Shown here piece after piece: positions 19,983 through 30,257 of a stretch of DNA of 64,000 bases. Below the pieces are notes generated by a model. The model worked only from the letters and a program-made list of their open reading frames with translations, had not been told where the DNA came from and did not search any database. Source of the DNA: a virus. Taxonomy: Duplodnaviria > Caudoviricetes. The first letter of the stretch is position 1, and each line of letters begins with the position of its first letter. The translations under genes were made by a program, and so were the position numbers. Where the stretch lies: IMG/VR virus record IMGVR_UViG_3300013121_000020, positions 192,001 to 256,000 of that record. One strand, written 5' to 3'.

Positions 19983-21452
19983 ATGGAACAAGATATTCGT
20001 ATAAATATTCTCAATACGCTACTAACCACACCACATCGTGAAATTTCGAATTTATATCCTGTTCACGTTGATATGTGTAAACAAGATCCATTGTTTTATA
20101 TGCGACTTGCTGCGTGGTATGTCAGCAATGGTGAAGTACGCGACCATAAAGAAGCATTTATTGTTACACTTTGCACAAGCAATTTTGATCAACATCGAGA
20201 TGTTGGTCTTGCTCTTCTACGTGAATTACCACCATATCAAGTAGTTCGTATTGTTGATTTCATCAGTGGACGCAAGAATGTAAAAATAAAAGGTCATGTA
20301 ATTGTAAATTATGGGTTGGGCAAACCAATTCCAAGATCTATGCGCACTGAAATTGTAAGATATTTGAAAGAAAGAGAAGCTGATGATGCGTGGTTCGATA
20401 GTGCAGTTTCTACTGCAAAGAAGCATGTAAAGAGATTGTATGCACTTTTACATGTTGCTCCATCAGAACGGGCACAAAAAATATTGTTTGATAATCAACC
20501 ACCACCAACAAGCAAACAATATGCAATTAAAACTCTGAGTAACGCAAAAACACCAATAGAACAAGCCAAGATAATTATCGAAAATAAGATTCCATATAGA
20601 GTAGCATCAACCATAATTGATGCTATAACACCAACCGTTATGGTTGCACTCATAGAAGTAATGAGTTCACAAGAGCTTATTAATAATATAGAATCATTAC
20701 GTAGGCGTGGAGCATTTGATAATCCTGAGATTAAATCACTTATTGAAAAGAAGTTAGATAGCGCGAGAACCAATAAACGAGTGTCTGCGCTTAAAGCGTC
20801 TGAAGCGGCTAAAGCTTCAGACGTATCAGATGATATTAAACAAAAACTGAATGAAGTAGCTGATACTCAAATAAAATCAAAAGGTCGCATTACCGTATCG
20901 ACTGCATTGTTGGTTGACAAATCAGGATCAATGGCTCAAAGCATAGAACTTGGTAAGCAGATCGCTGCTGCTATCTCAGCGGTTATGGATGCACCATTGT
21001 TCGTGTTTGCGTTTGATACATGGGCACACCCAATTATCGCAAATGGTTCAGATTTAGAATCATGGCAAAAAGCTTTTAAGGGCATTAGTGCTGGTGGCGG
21101 CACTAGTTGCGGTGTGCCATTGACATACATGATGCATAAGCAAATCGCTGTAAATCAAATCATCATAGTCACAGATGAAAGAGAGGTTAATCCACCGGCA
21201 TTTATTCCAGCATTGCAAGCATATTGTAAGACTATGAATGTTGATCCAAATGTTGTTATTGTTAAGACTGTTGATGCTGATAATATGATTGAAACCCAAG
21301 CAAAAAATGCTGGAATTATGGTTGATACGTGGCAATTTAACGGCGATTATTATTCTGTTCCTAATCTTATTAAATTCTTATCAAAATCAGGAAAATTTAA
21401 TTTAATGATGGATATTATGGAGTATCCATTACCAGTGCGTAAATTAGCGTAA
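19983..21452 (+). CDS. Ro60/TROVE-like protein with a C-terminal vWA domain
   Basis: Helical N-domain with DPLFYxxLAAW and MSxxELINNIxxL; vWA MIDAS LLVDKSGSM, GGGTSC, IIVTDE. Confidence 0.75.
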   Translation: MEQDIRINILNTLLTTPHREISNLYPVHVDMCKQDPLFYMRLAAWYVSNGEVRDHKEAFIVTLCTSNFDQHRDVGLALLRELPPYQVVRIVDFISGRKNVKIKGHVIVNYGLGKPIPRSMRTEIVRYLKEREADDAWFDSAVSTAKKHVKRLYALLHVAPSERAQKILFDNQPPPTSKQYAIKTLSNAKTPIEQAKIIIENKIPYRVASTIIDAITPTVMVALIEVMSSQELINNIESLRRRGAFDNPEIKSLIEKKLDSARTNKRVSALKASEAAKASDVSDDIKQKLNEVADTQIKSKGRITVSTALLVDKSGSMAQSIELGKQIAAAISAVMDAPLFVFAFDTWAHPIIANGSDLESWQKAFKGISAGGGTSCGVPLTYMMHKQIAVNQIIIVTDEREVNPPAFIPALQAYCKTMNVDPNVVIVKTVDADNMIETQAKNAGIMVDTWQFNGDYYSVPNLIKFLSKSGKFNLMMDIMEYPLPVRKLA

Positions 21453-21488
21453 ATATTGTACCCATTTCCTGGAAGGAAACCCGCACTT

Positions 21489-21779
21489 GTGAATATTACA
21501 ATATCACAACACGCCATACAAAGATGGGTCGAAAAATGTGCGATGTATGGCGATGAAGGATGGAAAGAAATTTATGACGCATTTATTAAATCTAAGAAAT
21601 TAAAGTATAATGATCCATGTCCGATTTGCGTGAAAGGATCTAACATCGATATCTATCATTATCAACCTAAAAATGCCTATTTTGTTGTTGATAGATTAAA
21701 GATGGTGTTAATTACGATTATTGTGCCATATGCTAACGGAGTTAAGAGTGGATATTCTAGACAAAATAGCAAGAATTGA
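21489..21779 (+). CDS. Small protein with an SxHAxxR motif (DUF4258/RelE-like RNase fold?)
   Basis: ITISQHAIQRW...YFVVD..VLITII; GTG start assumed. Confidence 0.4.
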   Translation: MNITISQHAIQRWVEKCAMYGDEGWKEIYDAFIKSKKLKYNDPCPICVKGSNIDIYHYQPKNAYFVVDRLKMVLITIIVPYANGVKSGYSRQNSKN

Positions 21780-22578
21780 ACAAGATTTCTTCTCTTCACA
21801 TTTTATTAGTCCAACAATTCGTGGTCAACCAATTCGTGTTAGAATATCTGGCATTGTAATGAATTTTATGGTTGATGAGCCATTTAATGGGTGGGGTATA
21901 TTTCGACCAATAAATGGATTGACTGCAAAATTTGTTCGTGAACCGACTATGAGCGAAAAACGTGCATATTTGAATTTATTTCCCAGCATGCACTTGATTG
22001 TCTATCGTAAAATAAACAATATATGGTTTGGTATATTATCGAATAGATCAGATAGGCGATTTAGAATAGATGGATTCATACCTATCCATTTGGCAAATGA
22101 TATTGAATTATTTGATATGGTTTGTGTGCGATATGATGGATCAACATGTTGGTTTGATTCACCAAGTGACCACTATGATCCATCGATTTCTATATATCTG
22201 CGTAACCAATTAAATAAATTCGCTGATAATATCGAATATCCTGGAATAAGTCCAGAATTTTATGATGCATATATGGTGGCCTATGGGGTGGCTGCGGCGG
22301 CAGATACCACGTTAAAGAAAGATCGAATTGAAGAAAGATTAAAATCTGCTTTACATCGGGCTGGTGCCATATATAAGAGTTATTCGGAACGTTCTGATGC
22401 ATATACAGTAGAATATGTTGTCAATGGTGAGAACTATAAATCAATAGTGTCAAAAGATAATTTGAGCGTGCAGTCAGCTGGTATTTGTTTGTCTGGTGAT
22501 GATAAAAAATTTGATCTTCAGAGTTTGATTGGTGTTATTCGTGAAGGACAAAGTCTAAATGCTATTGTGAGAGTTTAA
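21730..22578 (+). CDS. Uncharacterised protein, candidate E2-like enzyme
   Basis: C-terminal SAGICLSGDDxxFDLQSLIGVIRE; lies between the Ro60 and JAB genes. Confidence 0.5.
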   Translation: MLTELRVDILDKIARIEQDFFSSHFISPTIRGQPIRVRISGIVMNFMVDEPFNGWGIFRPINGLTAKFVREPTMSEKRAYLNLFPSMHLIVYRKINNIWFGILSNRSDRRFRIDGFIPIHLANDIELFDMVCVRYDGSTCWFDSPSDHYDPSISIYLRNQLNKFADNIEYPGISPEFYDAYMVAYGVAAAADTTLKKDRIEERLKSALHRAGAIYKSYSERSDAYTVEYVVNGENYKSIVSKDNLSVQSAGICLSGDDKKFDLQSLIGVIREGQSLNAIVRV

Positions 22579-22958
22579 TGAACGAAGAAGGGTGGGTATT
22601 GATTAGACGTTTTTGGCGTGGGTTTTGGCTTGCGCAACGTCACATTTTGTCAATCGGTAAGCCAACGTGTGTCGAGATAGCTCACGAATGGGCTTTGAAA
22701 CGCGAAGAAACACACGGAGACGTATGCGGCTTTCTACACACTCATCCTTCATGGGCGGCTGTGCCAAGCAATCGTGATGATTATACAATGCGATCTTGGG
22801 TATTGTGTTTTGGGAAGCCATTGCTATGTGCGATTGATGGTGTAGATGGATTGCGTGGATATTGGTATAAAACAGATGATGGTCCACCAGTAGAACAAAA
22901 AATTTTTAGGATTCCATTCAATATCATTGTAGGAAAACGTTTTCATGGTTTCAAGTAA
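22578..22958 (+). CDS. JAB/MPN+ (JAMM) metallopeptidase
   Basis: N-terminal Glu (NEEGWVL) and GFLHTHP-x7-S-x2-D (HTHPSWAAVPSNRDD). Confidence 0.85.
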   Translation: MNEEGWVLIRRFWRGFWLAQRHILSIGKPTCVEIAHEWALKREETHGDVCGFLHTHPSWAAVPSNRDDYTMRSWVLCFGKPLLCAIDGVDGLRGYWYKTDDGPPVEQKIFRIPFNIIVGKRFHGFK

Positions 22959-23538
22959 TATAAAGATTATGGTTTGTGGGATTGGGGCTATTGGCAGTAA
23001 TCTAGTAGATTCACTTGCGCGTCAAGGATTTAGAAAAATATTAGTACTTGATAAAGATCGAGTTGAAAGACGAAATATCAGCACGCAGATATATGGTGAA
23101 AATCAAATTGGGTATTTAAAAACTCAAGCGTTGAAAACTACAATATTTAGGAATACTGGCATAGAGATTGATACCATTTGCAAAGAATTAACCGCAACAA
23201 ATTCTAAATTATTAAAACAAGTTCATTTAGTTGTTGATGCATTTGATAATTCCGCATCACGTAAATTAGTTCAAGACGCATGTCGTTTACATAATATTAA
23301 ATGTATTCATGTTGGCTTATCTTCTGGTTATGGTGAAGTGTGTTGGGATGAGAAGTATAGAGTTCCAAATGATGTTGGTCGAGATGTGTGTGAAGACCAA
23401 TTTTCACGCAATCTTATTTCAATAACTGTTGCTGTTGCTTCTGAAGAAATAATTGATTTTTGCATATCAAATAAACCACGTATTGGAAATTGGACAATAA
23501 CATTAAAAGATCTTGTGATTAGTCGTCTCAATGTGTGA
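22945..23538 (+). CDS. E1/ThiF-family adenylyltransferase
   Basis: VCGIGAIGS, LDKDRVERRNISTQ, G..K..AL, VVDAFDNSASR, Cys in RDVCE. Confidence 0.9.
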   Translation: MVSSNIKIMVCGIGAIGSNLVDSLARQGFRKILVLDKDRVERRNISTQIYGENQIGYLKTQALKTTIFRNTGIEIDTICKELTATNSKLLKQVHLVVDAFDNSASRKLVQDACRLHNIKCIHVGLSSGYGEVCWDEKYRVPNDVGRDVCEDQFSRNLISITVAVASEEIIDFCISNKPRIGNWTITLKDLVISRLNV

Positions 23539-23550
23539 ACAGGAGTTACA

Positions 23551-23982
23551 ATGAAGAGTATGTTAAGTTTGCTGATACTTATGGTAATGGTTATGCCAGT
23601 TATGGCACAACCAAAAAAGGAAGAAACACCAAAAAAGGAAGAAGATGCGCCTTCAGTGAAGAAAGATGATGAAATTCCACGCCTTGATGCGTCAATGTCT
23701 GCGTTTGTGATAGTGTGTGATTCACAACCTTCAAAAATGTTGGTTTTAGATTCTACTGGTAAATGGATGTCAACTGTAAAATCTGTTGATGTAAAAGTTG
23801 AGATAGGACAACCGGCAACTATCACCTGCACTTTGTATGAGGGGTATTTAAAACCAACAAAACCACAAGTGCGAACGTGGCAGTTGGCACAAATGAAAAC
23901 AGTTACGGCTACTGAATTTCAACAGATGGTTGATGCAATTCAAAGCAATCCTGATGCTATTAAAGATATGTTAAAGAAATAG
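23551..23982 (+). CDS. Secreted hypothetical protein
   Basis: Signal peptide; AGGAG RBS. Confidence 0.6.
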   Translation: MKSMLSLLILMVMVMPVMAQPKKEETPKKEEDAPSVKKDDEIPRLDASMSAFVIVCDSQPSKMLVLDSTGKWMSTVKSVDVKVEIGQPATITCTLYEGYLKPTKPQVRTWQLAQMKTVTATEFQQMVDAIQSNPDAIKDMLKK

Positions 23983-24022
23983 TGAAATTGGGGAACCACT
24001 AACCAGTGGTTCCCCAATTTCA
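23983..24022. terminator. Bidirectional hairpin terminator
   Basis: Perfect 18-bp IR TGAAATTGGGGAACCACT-AACC-AGTGGTTCCCCAATTTCA between convergent genes. Confidence 0.8.
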
Positions 24023-24167
24023 TCGATCGTTCCCTCGATCTGAAATTGGATCACCCCCTCTCATGGTTAGTGTCCATTTTTTAGCTCCTTAAGAGCAGCA
24101 TCCAAACTATTTTTACGTTACATCAGTGTCGTCGCTCGATAAGTGTATTTAACGACAAACATGTGAA

Positions 24168-24887
24168 TCATTGCCACCAATCATTATGTTGGTTGTGGCG
24201 TTCGCCAAGTTGGATGGTACCACCGCGCTTATAGATGATTTCTGTACATTCCCATTTACCCATATTTTGGGTAAACATATAAGCTCCGACGATGCGGATT
24301 CGGCCTTTCAATCCGATTTTTCTGTTGTACATGGTGTTGAGATATGTGCCATGGGTCTCGCCGTCCCTCCATTGATCTTTTGGTTTATCTAGATAACGTG
24401 CAATGCGGCGTAGAAACGCTCTCCATTCCCGTGTTTCTGCCACGTTCTGGCCGTCATGTACTAATTGCCACATTTGCTTTCGTTCGGTTTCTGGCAATTT
24501 GGGGAGGAAAGTGTCAAAATAATATTTCCATTGTTCATATGGGGCAGCGGTAAATTTTTCGCCAACGCGGATGCTTGGGATGTCTCCTACCGCAATGGCG
24601 TCTTCGTCTGAAGTGAGTTGATTAGCATGAATGTTGGCGGTTATTTCTATGATTGATCCACTGGAATAAGTAAGAGCAAGTGAAATACTGCGGGTGAAGA
24701 ATGATCTTGCGTCCGTGTCTGATACGGTGTTTAGTATGGTTTTTAAATCTAAGCGACGTCCGATCCATGGTCGTGGTAGTAAACCGTGGTTGAGGATGTT
24801 AATAAGTGCACCGCGACCCCCTGTGACACCATGGAAGAAATTGACGTATTCGGCAGCACGGCGCTCGGTGATTGACCTAAGTTTCAT
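24168..24887 (-). CDS. ADP-ribosyltransferase-like (H-Y type) protein
   Basis: FFHG..LxNILxxGLxP...FFTxxxxxAxxY..IIEI...DED. Confidence 0.5.
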   Translation of the reverse strand: MKLRSITERRAAEYVNFFHGVTGGRGALINILNHGLLPRPWIGRRLDLKTILNTVSDTDARSFFTRSISLALTYSSGSIIEITANIHANQLTSDEDAIAVGDIPSIRVGEKFTAAPYEQWKYYFDTFLPKLPETERKQMWQLVHDGQNVAETREWRAFLRRIARYLDKPKDQWRDGETHGTYLNTMYNRKIGLKGRIRIVGAYMFTQNMGKWECTEIIYKRGGTIQLGERHNQHNDWWQ

Positions 24888-24920
24888 CGAGTTTGTCCCA
24901 TTGATCGGTCTTGACTATAT

Positions 24921-24949
24921 TTGCATTTTATTCATCTTGCTGTTATAAT
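24921..24949 (+). promoter_or_regulatory. Canonical sigma-70-type promoter
   Basis: TTGCAT-N17-TATAAT with extended -10 TG. Confidence 0.65.
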
Positions 24950-25573
24950 GGGAGTCTCCAATCTCCCGACAAGAGCAACGACAAACATGTATTCACAATT
25001 TATCGGGTGTATAATAGATGAAAAACACACTGATAACGGTGTTGAAATAATTGCATGTAACGATGGAATCGACGACCCTTTAGCACGTATTGTAATAATT
25101 GTGGCTGATGTGTATGGTGTGGTTGGCACATATAATAGACTATTTAACTTTCAAGAGATAGTCGAATCGAGCATGACAACATTTACAATCAAACATGTCA
25201 TTGTTGATGACGTTGTCCGTAATATTACTAATATTGTGTACAGAGATGACAAGGTGTTTATAACTTTGGAGAAATATTGAAAACAACAAGCACTTTAATT
25301 TTACAACTAGCTGATGATAGCGATTTTTATTATGATAAATTACAAAATAAGAAATGTTTTAGAGTAGTTCATCACGAATTTATTAAAAGCTCAGAACATT
25401 TAATATTGTATTACACCGATGATGATGTTATAAATCCATCACATGATCCGATGATAATCGGTACGATATGTAAAAACGATGACTACAATATAAGAATATT
25501 GTGGAATAATAAATTGTGGCGTGTGGTTTCAACCGCAGTTAAAGAAATGTATTCAGCAATGAGGGAAATATAA

Positions 25574-26476
25574 ATGAACAATGAATTTCTACTACAAACA
25601 ATAGAAAACATTGAAAATTTGCTACAGACACTAAAATCGGCAATCCAGCAACCACCAAAACAAGCACAAGCAAAAAAGGGCATTAAATGTACATCAGAAT
25701 CTGTTCCAGCTAAATTACTTGGACAATTACCAAACTTTAATGATGAATTATGGCCACAAGCAGCACCGCCGATTGTAATTGTTAAAGGTGAAATATCAAA
25801 ACAATTTCGCGCTGTTCAAATTGCTGGGCTTATATCACTACCAATGGAAGGGGCACGTGTTCTTGAAATAGGATGTGGAGAGGGCCACGTTGCAAATGAA
25901 TTATCTAGAAGAGCAAAAAATGTAGTTGGCTATGATTTAAAATTGCATAGCACATGGAATGATTTAAAAGGACCAACATTTACTATTGACAAAACAATTG
26001 TTAATAATCATAAACCATATGATTATATTATTATGTATGATGTATTAGATCACATAGAACGTGATGATCACACTAGTTTGATGGCATGGGCATCCTCATT
26101 GTTAGCCCCAGATGGTCGTATATTTGTGCGAACACACCCATGGACATCACGCCATGGTAGCCACTTATATGAAACTGGTCTTAACAAAGCATTTGTGCAT
26201 TTAGCATTGACTGCTGATGAGCTTGCGACTGTTGGTTTTGATATGCCACCAAATTCTAAGATTGTGCGTCCTATGGCTGCATATGAAAGAATATTTCGCG
26301 ATGCCGGATTACAAGTTATAGATCGAAAAGGTCATACAAGTGCTGTGGAACCTTATTTTAGCGATGCTCTTTTAGATAGAATTATTAATGTGACTTGGGG
26401 TGGTAAGATTGAAAAAGATGACGCATTAAAAATTATGAGCAATGTTTATATTGATTATTATTTAGCAAATTCGTAA
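25574..26476 (+). CDS. Class I SAM-dependent methyltransferase (paralog of 76..945)
   Basis: VLEIGCGEG, YDYIIMYDVLDH, VRTHPWTSRHGSHLYET. Confidence 0.85.
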   Translation: MNNEFLLQTIENIENLLQTLKSAIQQPPKQAQAKKGIKCTSESVPAKLLGQLPNFNDELWPQAAPPIVIVKGEISKQFRAVQIAGLISLPMEGARVLEIGCGEGHVANELSRRAKNVVGYDLKLHSTWNDLKGPTFTIDKTIVNNHKPYDYIIMYDVLDHIERDDHTSLMAWASSLLAPDGRIFVRTHPWTSRHGSHLYETGLNKAFVHLALTADELATVGFDMPPNSKIVRPMAAYERIFRDAGLQVIDRKGHTSAVEPYFSDALLDRIINVTWGGKIEKDDALKIMSNVYIDYYLANS

Positions 26477-26775
26477 CCTTTCCATCGTGGAAATCGTATG
26501 CATATTCCCACAATTAATAAAGTTATTACGTCTTTCGTATATTCGCACATTGGCGACAAATCAAAGATTGATCCAACATCGAGATTAACTTATAATTATA
26601 AAACTGGTGAAGTTAAAATTGTGATAACGTATATTAATTGTAGTAATGTTGATAGAAGCCCATGCGTTACGATTGTATTTAACAAAAACATAACCGACCC
26701 CAATTTCTTTAATGACCTAAAACAATGTTTAGATAATTTACACGGAACGCTACGAATGTAAATGGAAGGACGATC

Positions 26776-27219
26776 ATGGTCAATAAATCAGCAATGGCTA
26801 TTCGTGACGTTTACGGAAATAACGAGGATCGATACATCGAACTCGTGCGACGATTTCCGCTGCGACCGTTGCGTAATGATAAAGACCTCGATGCGGCGAT
26901 TATCGTGATTGACGATTTGTTGAATCGTCACACACTTGTTGATGCCGAACATGACTACCTCGAAGTCCTGGGTGATCTAGTGGAATCGTTTGAATCCAAG
27001 GCTGTGCCGATACAATCAGTTGGTGACTCTGATATGTTGCGATTTCTCATTGAACAAAATCGATCAACTCAAACGATGGTTGCATCAGGTGCTGGTATCG
27101 CCGAATCGACCATCTCCAAGATACTCGCCGGAAAGCGATTTTTGAATCGAGATCACATAGTTAAGTTGGCACGGTATTTTTCGGTCAGTCCGGCTGTGTT
27201 TTTTGCTGGTGTTAAGTAA
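26776..27219 (+). CDS. HigA-like antitoxin / XRE HTH regulator
   Basis: FPLRPLRNDxDL, YLEVLxDLVExFE, LRFLIEQ..TQ..VA..GIAESTISKILAGKRxL..HIxKLAxYFxVSPAVF. Confidence 0.8.
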   Translation: MVNKSAMAIRDVYGNNEDRYIELVRRFPLRPLRNDKDLDAAIIVIDDLLNRHTLVDAEHDYLEVLGDLVESFESKAVPIQSVGDSDMLRFLIEQNRSTQTMVASGAGIAESTISKILAGKRFLNRDHIVKLARYFSVSPAVFFAGVK

Positions 27220-27765
27220 GCATGAGGAGATGAATATGCCAATGGATCATATTATTAAGATGGCTAGCATAAGAGTGAGCTATGTTGATTATAGTAAATT
27301 GGTGTGCCGAATTAATGGCACTTATCGTTGCGTTGTTTGTAGCAAAGATACCGATTTAATTTTAATATCGAAACATGCTGCCGTATGCTCTACTGAATGT
27401 GTAGATTCATTAGTTATGCAAGGACCAAAACCCGGCAGCGGTCATTGGCTGACTGAAAAATAAACAAATGTATTACTATAGAGTAAATGTTGCAAAACTA
27501 ACTAATCTAAGACCAACTCCAATTGATAATGGTATCTATAAAGGGTGTTATGAAATCCATCTATTAGCTGATGGTATTGAAGACCCATCATCAATACCAA
27601 TTAGACTTAATAGAAGAATACCGTGGGAACAACCACAAAGAAGTGACATATTAAGAGGAACTACAGTCTCTATATGGTTCCCGAATGGCGACAGAACATA
27701 TGAAACAATTACTGATTGTGACACTCCAGAAGGCCATTTAATAATTGTGGCAGAACTTGGCACAT

Positions 27766-28185
27766 TTAGACATTATAGCGCCCAGTAATAGAAACAGTGG
27801 CATTGCCAAGTGGTCCTAACCATACCATATCCCACTCTGCAGTAGCTTGTTCACCGCATGTTAATATTATTGATTTTAATCTACTTCTTAATGTCATTGA
27901 ACCAACTGTAAATTGGATAGTACCATTTATATATGATTTTCCAGCAACTGTTTCGACACATTCTAATTTCACTCTTATGCGAACGTTAATGGTGCCTCTT
28001 AATGATGGTACACATTCACAGACGGTATCAAATTCATAACTATTGTTTCCAGCACCTTCCCATTTATTATTATTGCTATTTGCGATAAATGTTAATTGAT
28101 GTTTACTAGTTGGCTCCGCTTGCCACAATATTGAGACATCAAAACTTTGAATTTGATTGCAACACATAATAGTTTTCTTTAACAA
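27766..28185 (-). CDS. Hypothetical beta-rich protein
   Basis: ORF; start uncertain. Confidence 0.45.
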   Translation of the reverse strand: MLKKTIMCCNQIQSFDVSILWQAEPTSKHQLTFIANSNNNKWEGAGNNSYEFDTVCECVPSLRGTINVRIRVKLECVETVAGKSYINGTIQFTVGSMTLRSRLKSIILTCGEQATAEWDMVWLGPLGNATVSITGRYNV

Positions 28186-28817
28186 GTTGATGTATTAATA
28201 TTTTTGAAATGAATAATCATGAATAATAACAATGATTCTGGTGTGATTATGGTGAAAATTTATGAACACAATAAAAATGACGAACTTATTGTTGATAGTA
28301 TCATAGAATATTTTAAACAAGAATATAATTGTGTAATTAGTGATGCGTGTCGAATTTATTTAGATCAGTTTGAATGTATACGACACACAATTAAATTGGA
28401 TCTTAGTTCAACTAAATGGTGGATGTGGTTCAAAGGCGCATCAATCATAATTACAGAAATTGATTGCTATCCTTGGGCATTTATGCGTCCAGCAATTGGG
28501 CAATCGAAAAGTAACAAAAAACATGCTAGTGCAGATATAAATGACCCAAATTGTTTAGAACAAATATTTGAATTTTTGCAGAAATATAGTATTTTCTTGC
28601 GTGGCGGCACAAATGCTGGAATTGCTAAAATCAGTGTTAACATATCGTAATCGCCAGCCACAGCACGCTATGGAGGCGCGAACTATTAAAACCACAAGAA
28701 CATATCTTTGCGTACATTGTTGTGCGCGAAAGACAATCCGTTATGGATTGTGTTGGTCGTGTTATTATACTATACCTGTGCGTAATCGATATATACCAAA
28801 GAAAGGATGTAAGCCAT

Positions 28818-29339
28818 ATGGCACACGTTCCAAATAATGTTAATGAAATGAAGCTGGTATATTATCGTACTGGTCCTGAAGGGATAGAAATGGCAGTTTA
28901 TGCGAGAACAGAGCGACCAGTTTTTGATAATGTATGTGATATAAATCGCATATGCAGTAATGTCTATATTGAAACCTGGAAAGCCCATGAAAAATTAGAC
29001 CCAGATGGGCCTATTCGTTTTGAAAATGAACGAAAACAAATTAAATCGCTTTTTGATAGTCCAATTTATATGGAACCCATTCCAAACGGTTACTGTCCAC
29101 ATCCGTGCTGCATTCATAAACCATGGTTTAATGTAACGACTGAAATTGGTCCTATTAAAATAGGGTGGCGAAAAAAGGTTATTTCTATTGACTGGTCTCG
29201 TACTACGCAAAAGAAATCAGCTGATGAACTATTTCCTAATGAAGATGTTACAAAAATAGGACAATCTATCGATGCGTGGGGCGAAGATGCCGCTCGTGCA
29301 TATCTTAAAATTATACACGAGATTAAAAATGACAATTAA
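28818..29339 (+). CDS. Hypothetical protein
   Basis: IPNGYC, PWFxVTTxIGxIKIGWRKxVIxIDW; AAGGA RBS. Confidence 0.6.
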   Translation: MAHVPNNVNEMKLVYYRTGPEGIEMAVYARTERPVFDNVCDINRICSNVYIETWKAHEKLDPDGPIRFENERKQIKSLFDSPIYMEPIPNGYCPHPCCIHKPWFNVTTEIGPIKIGWRKKVISIDWSRTTQKKSADELFPNEDVTKIGQSIDAWGEDAARAYLKIIHEIKNDN

Positions 29340-29698
29340 TGAATTAAGAGATTGTGTGGCTGATCATTACAGCAGTCTGTTTTTGTACAAAATCTCGTAT
29401 CAATATGTTGTGTTAGTGATAGGTTTCGTGATTGAGGTTACAGAAAATAAAATTGCTGTGTATCGTATTAATGATAAGGACATGATACGTTTTGTGTCAT
29501 ATGCAATGACACAAGATCTCGATGAACGCCAAAAATTGTATGAGCTTAAAGAGCTTATAAAAAGTGCTGAATCAATAGTTTGGTTCGAAATTGCCAATCC
29601 AGGATCTATTGATGCTATTGACACGATGGTCAGTGAAAAATTTAAATTATCAGTCAAACTTGGCCATGAGAAGTGGTATATAGCATAATGAGTATTAT

Positions 29699-30208
29699 AT
29701 GATCACAATTTTGTTTTTATTATTTCCGAATTTGTTTGTTGATAAAGATGTTTATCTTCTAATTGCTCAATTAGGTGATAAATCATACAGAACAAGAGAA
29801 AATGCTCAATCTCAACTTTTGAAACGCAATTCTTATGCTCTTGTTATTGCTTTGCGTAGAGTGAATACCAACGATTTAGAAACAATTCGCAGAAAATCAA
29901 CAATTATTGATGTATATTGGCATAAAATAATTCCTCCGCCAGATAAGTGCCCATATATTGATGCGTTATCAAAAAGTTTTGGTTCGTATGACGGATTTAT
30001 AAATAAGTATCATCGCGCGTCCGTTCATATAAACAATTGTGCACCACGCTACGAAGGTGATCGATATGCGACATGGCTAATGATGCATGATTTGGGAAAA
30101 CATGAAATTCCACCATTTATAATAAAATTGATGCTTGCATATATGCAAATCAGAACTGATGAATATGACAGAAAACAACGAAATTTCCAAAATGGAAATG
30201 GGCATTAA
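29699..30208 (+). CDS. Protein with a planctomycete-style HEAT-like repeat
   Basis: LIAQLGDKSYRTRENAQxxL..DLExxRR. Confidence 0.5.
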   Translation: MITILFLLFPNLFVDKDVYLLIAQLGDKSYRTRENAQSQLLKRNSYALVIALRRVNTNDLETIRRKSTIIDVYWHKIIPPPDKCPYIDALSKSFGSYDGFINKYHRASVHINNCAPRYEGDRYATWLMMHDLGKHEIPPFIIKLMLAYMQIRTDEYDRKQRNFQNGNGH

Positions 30209-30257
30209 CGATAGTCGCTAGATCGCCACACCATACTCCATCACATCGGAGGCGATC

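Noticed and set aside
22945-23538. thiF/moeB cofactor-biosynthesis annotation
   Set aside because: No thiamine or molybdopterin genes nearby and no CxxC zinc pairs; context favours a Ubl system, so no gene symbol was assigned
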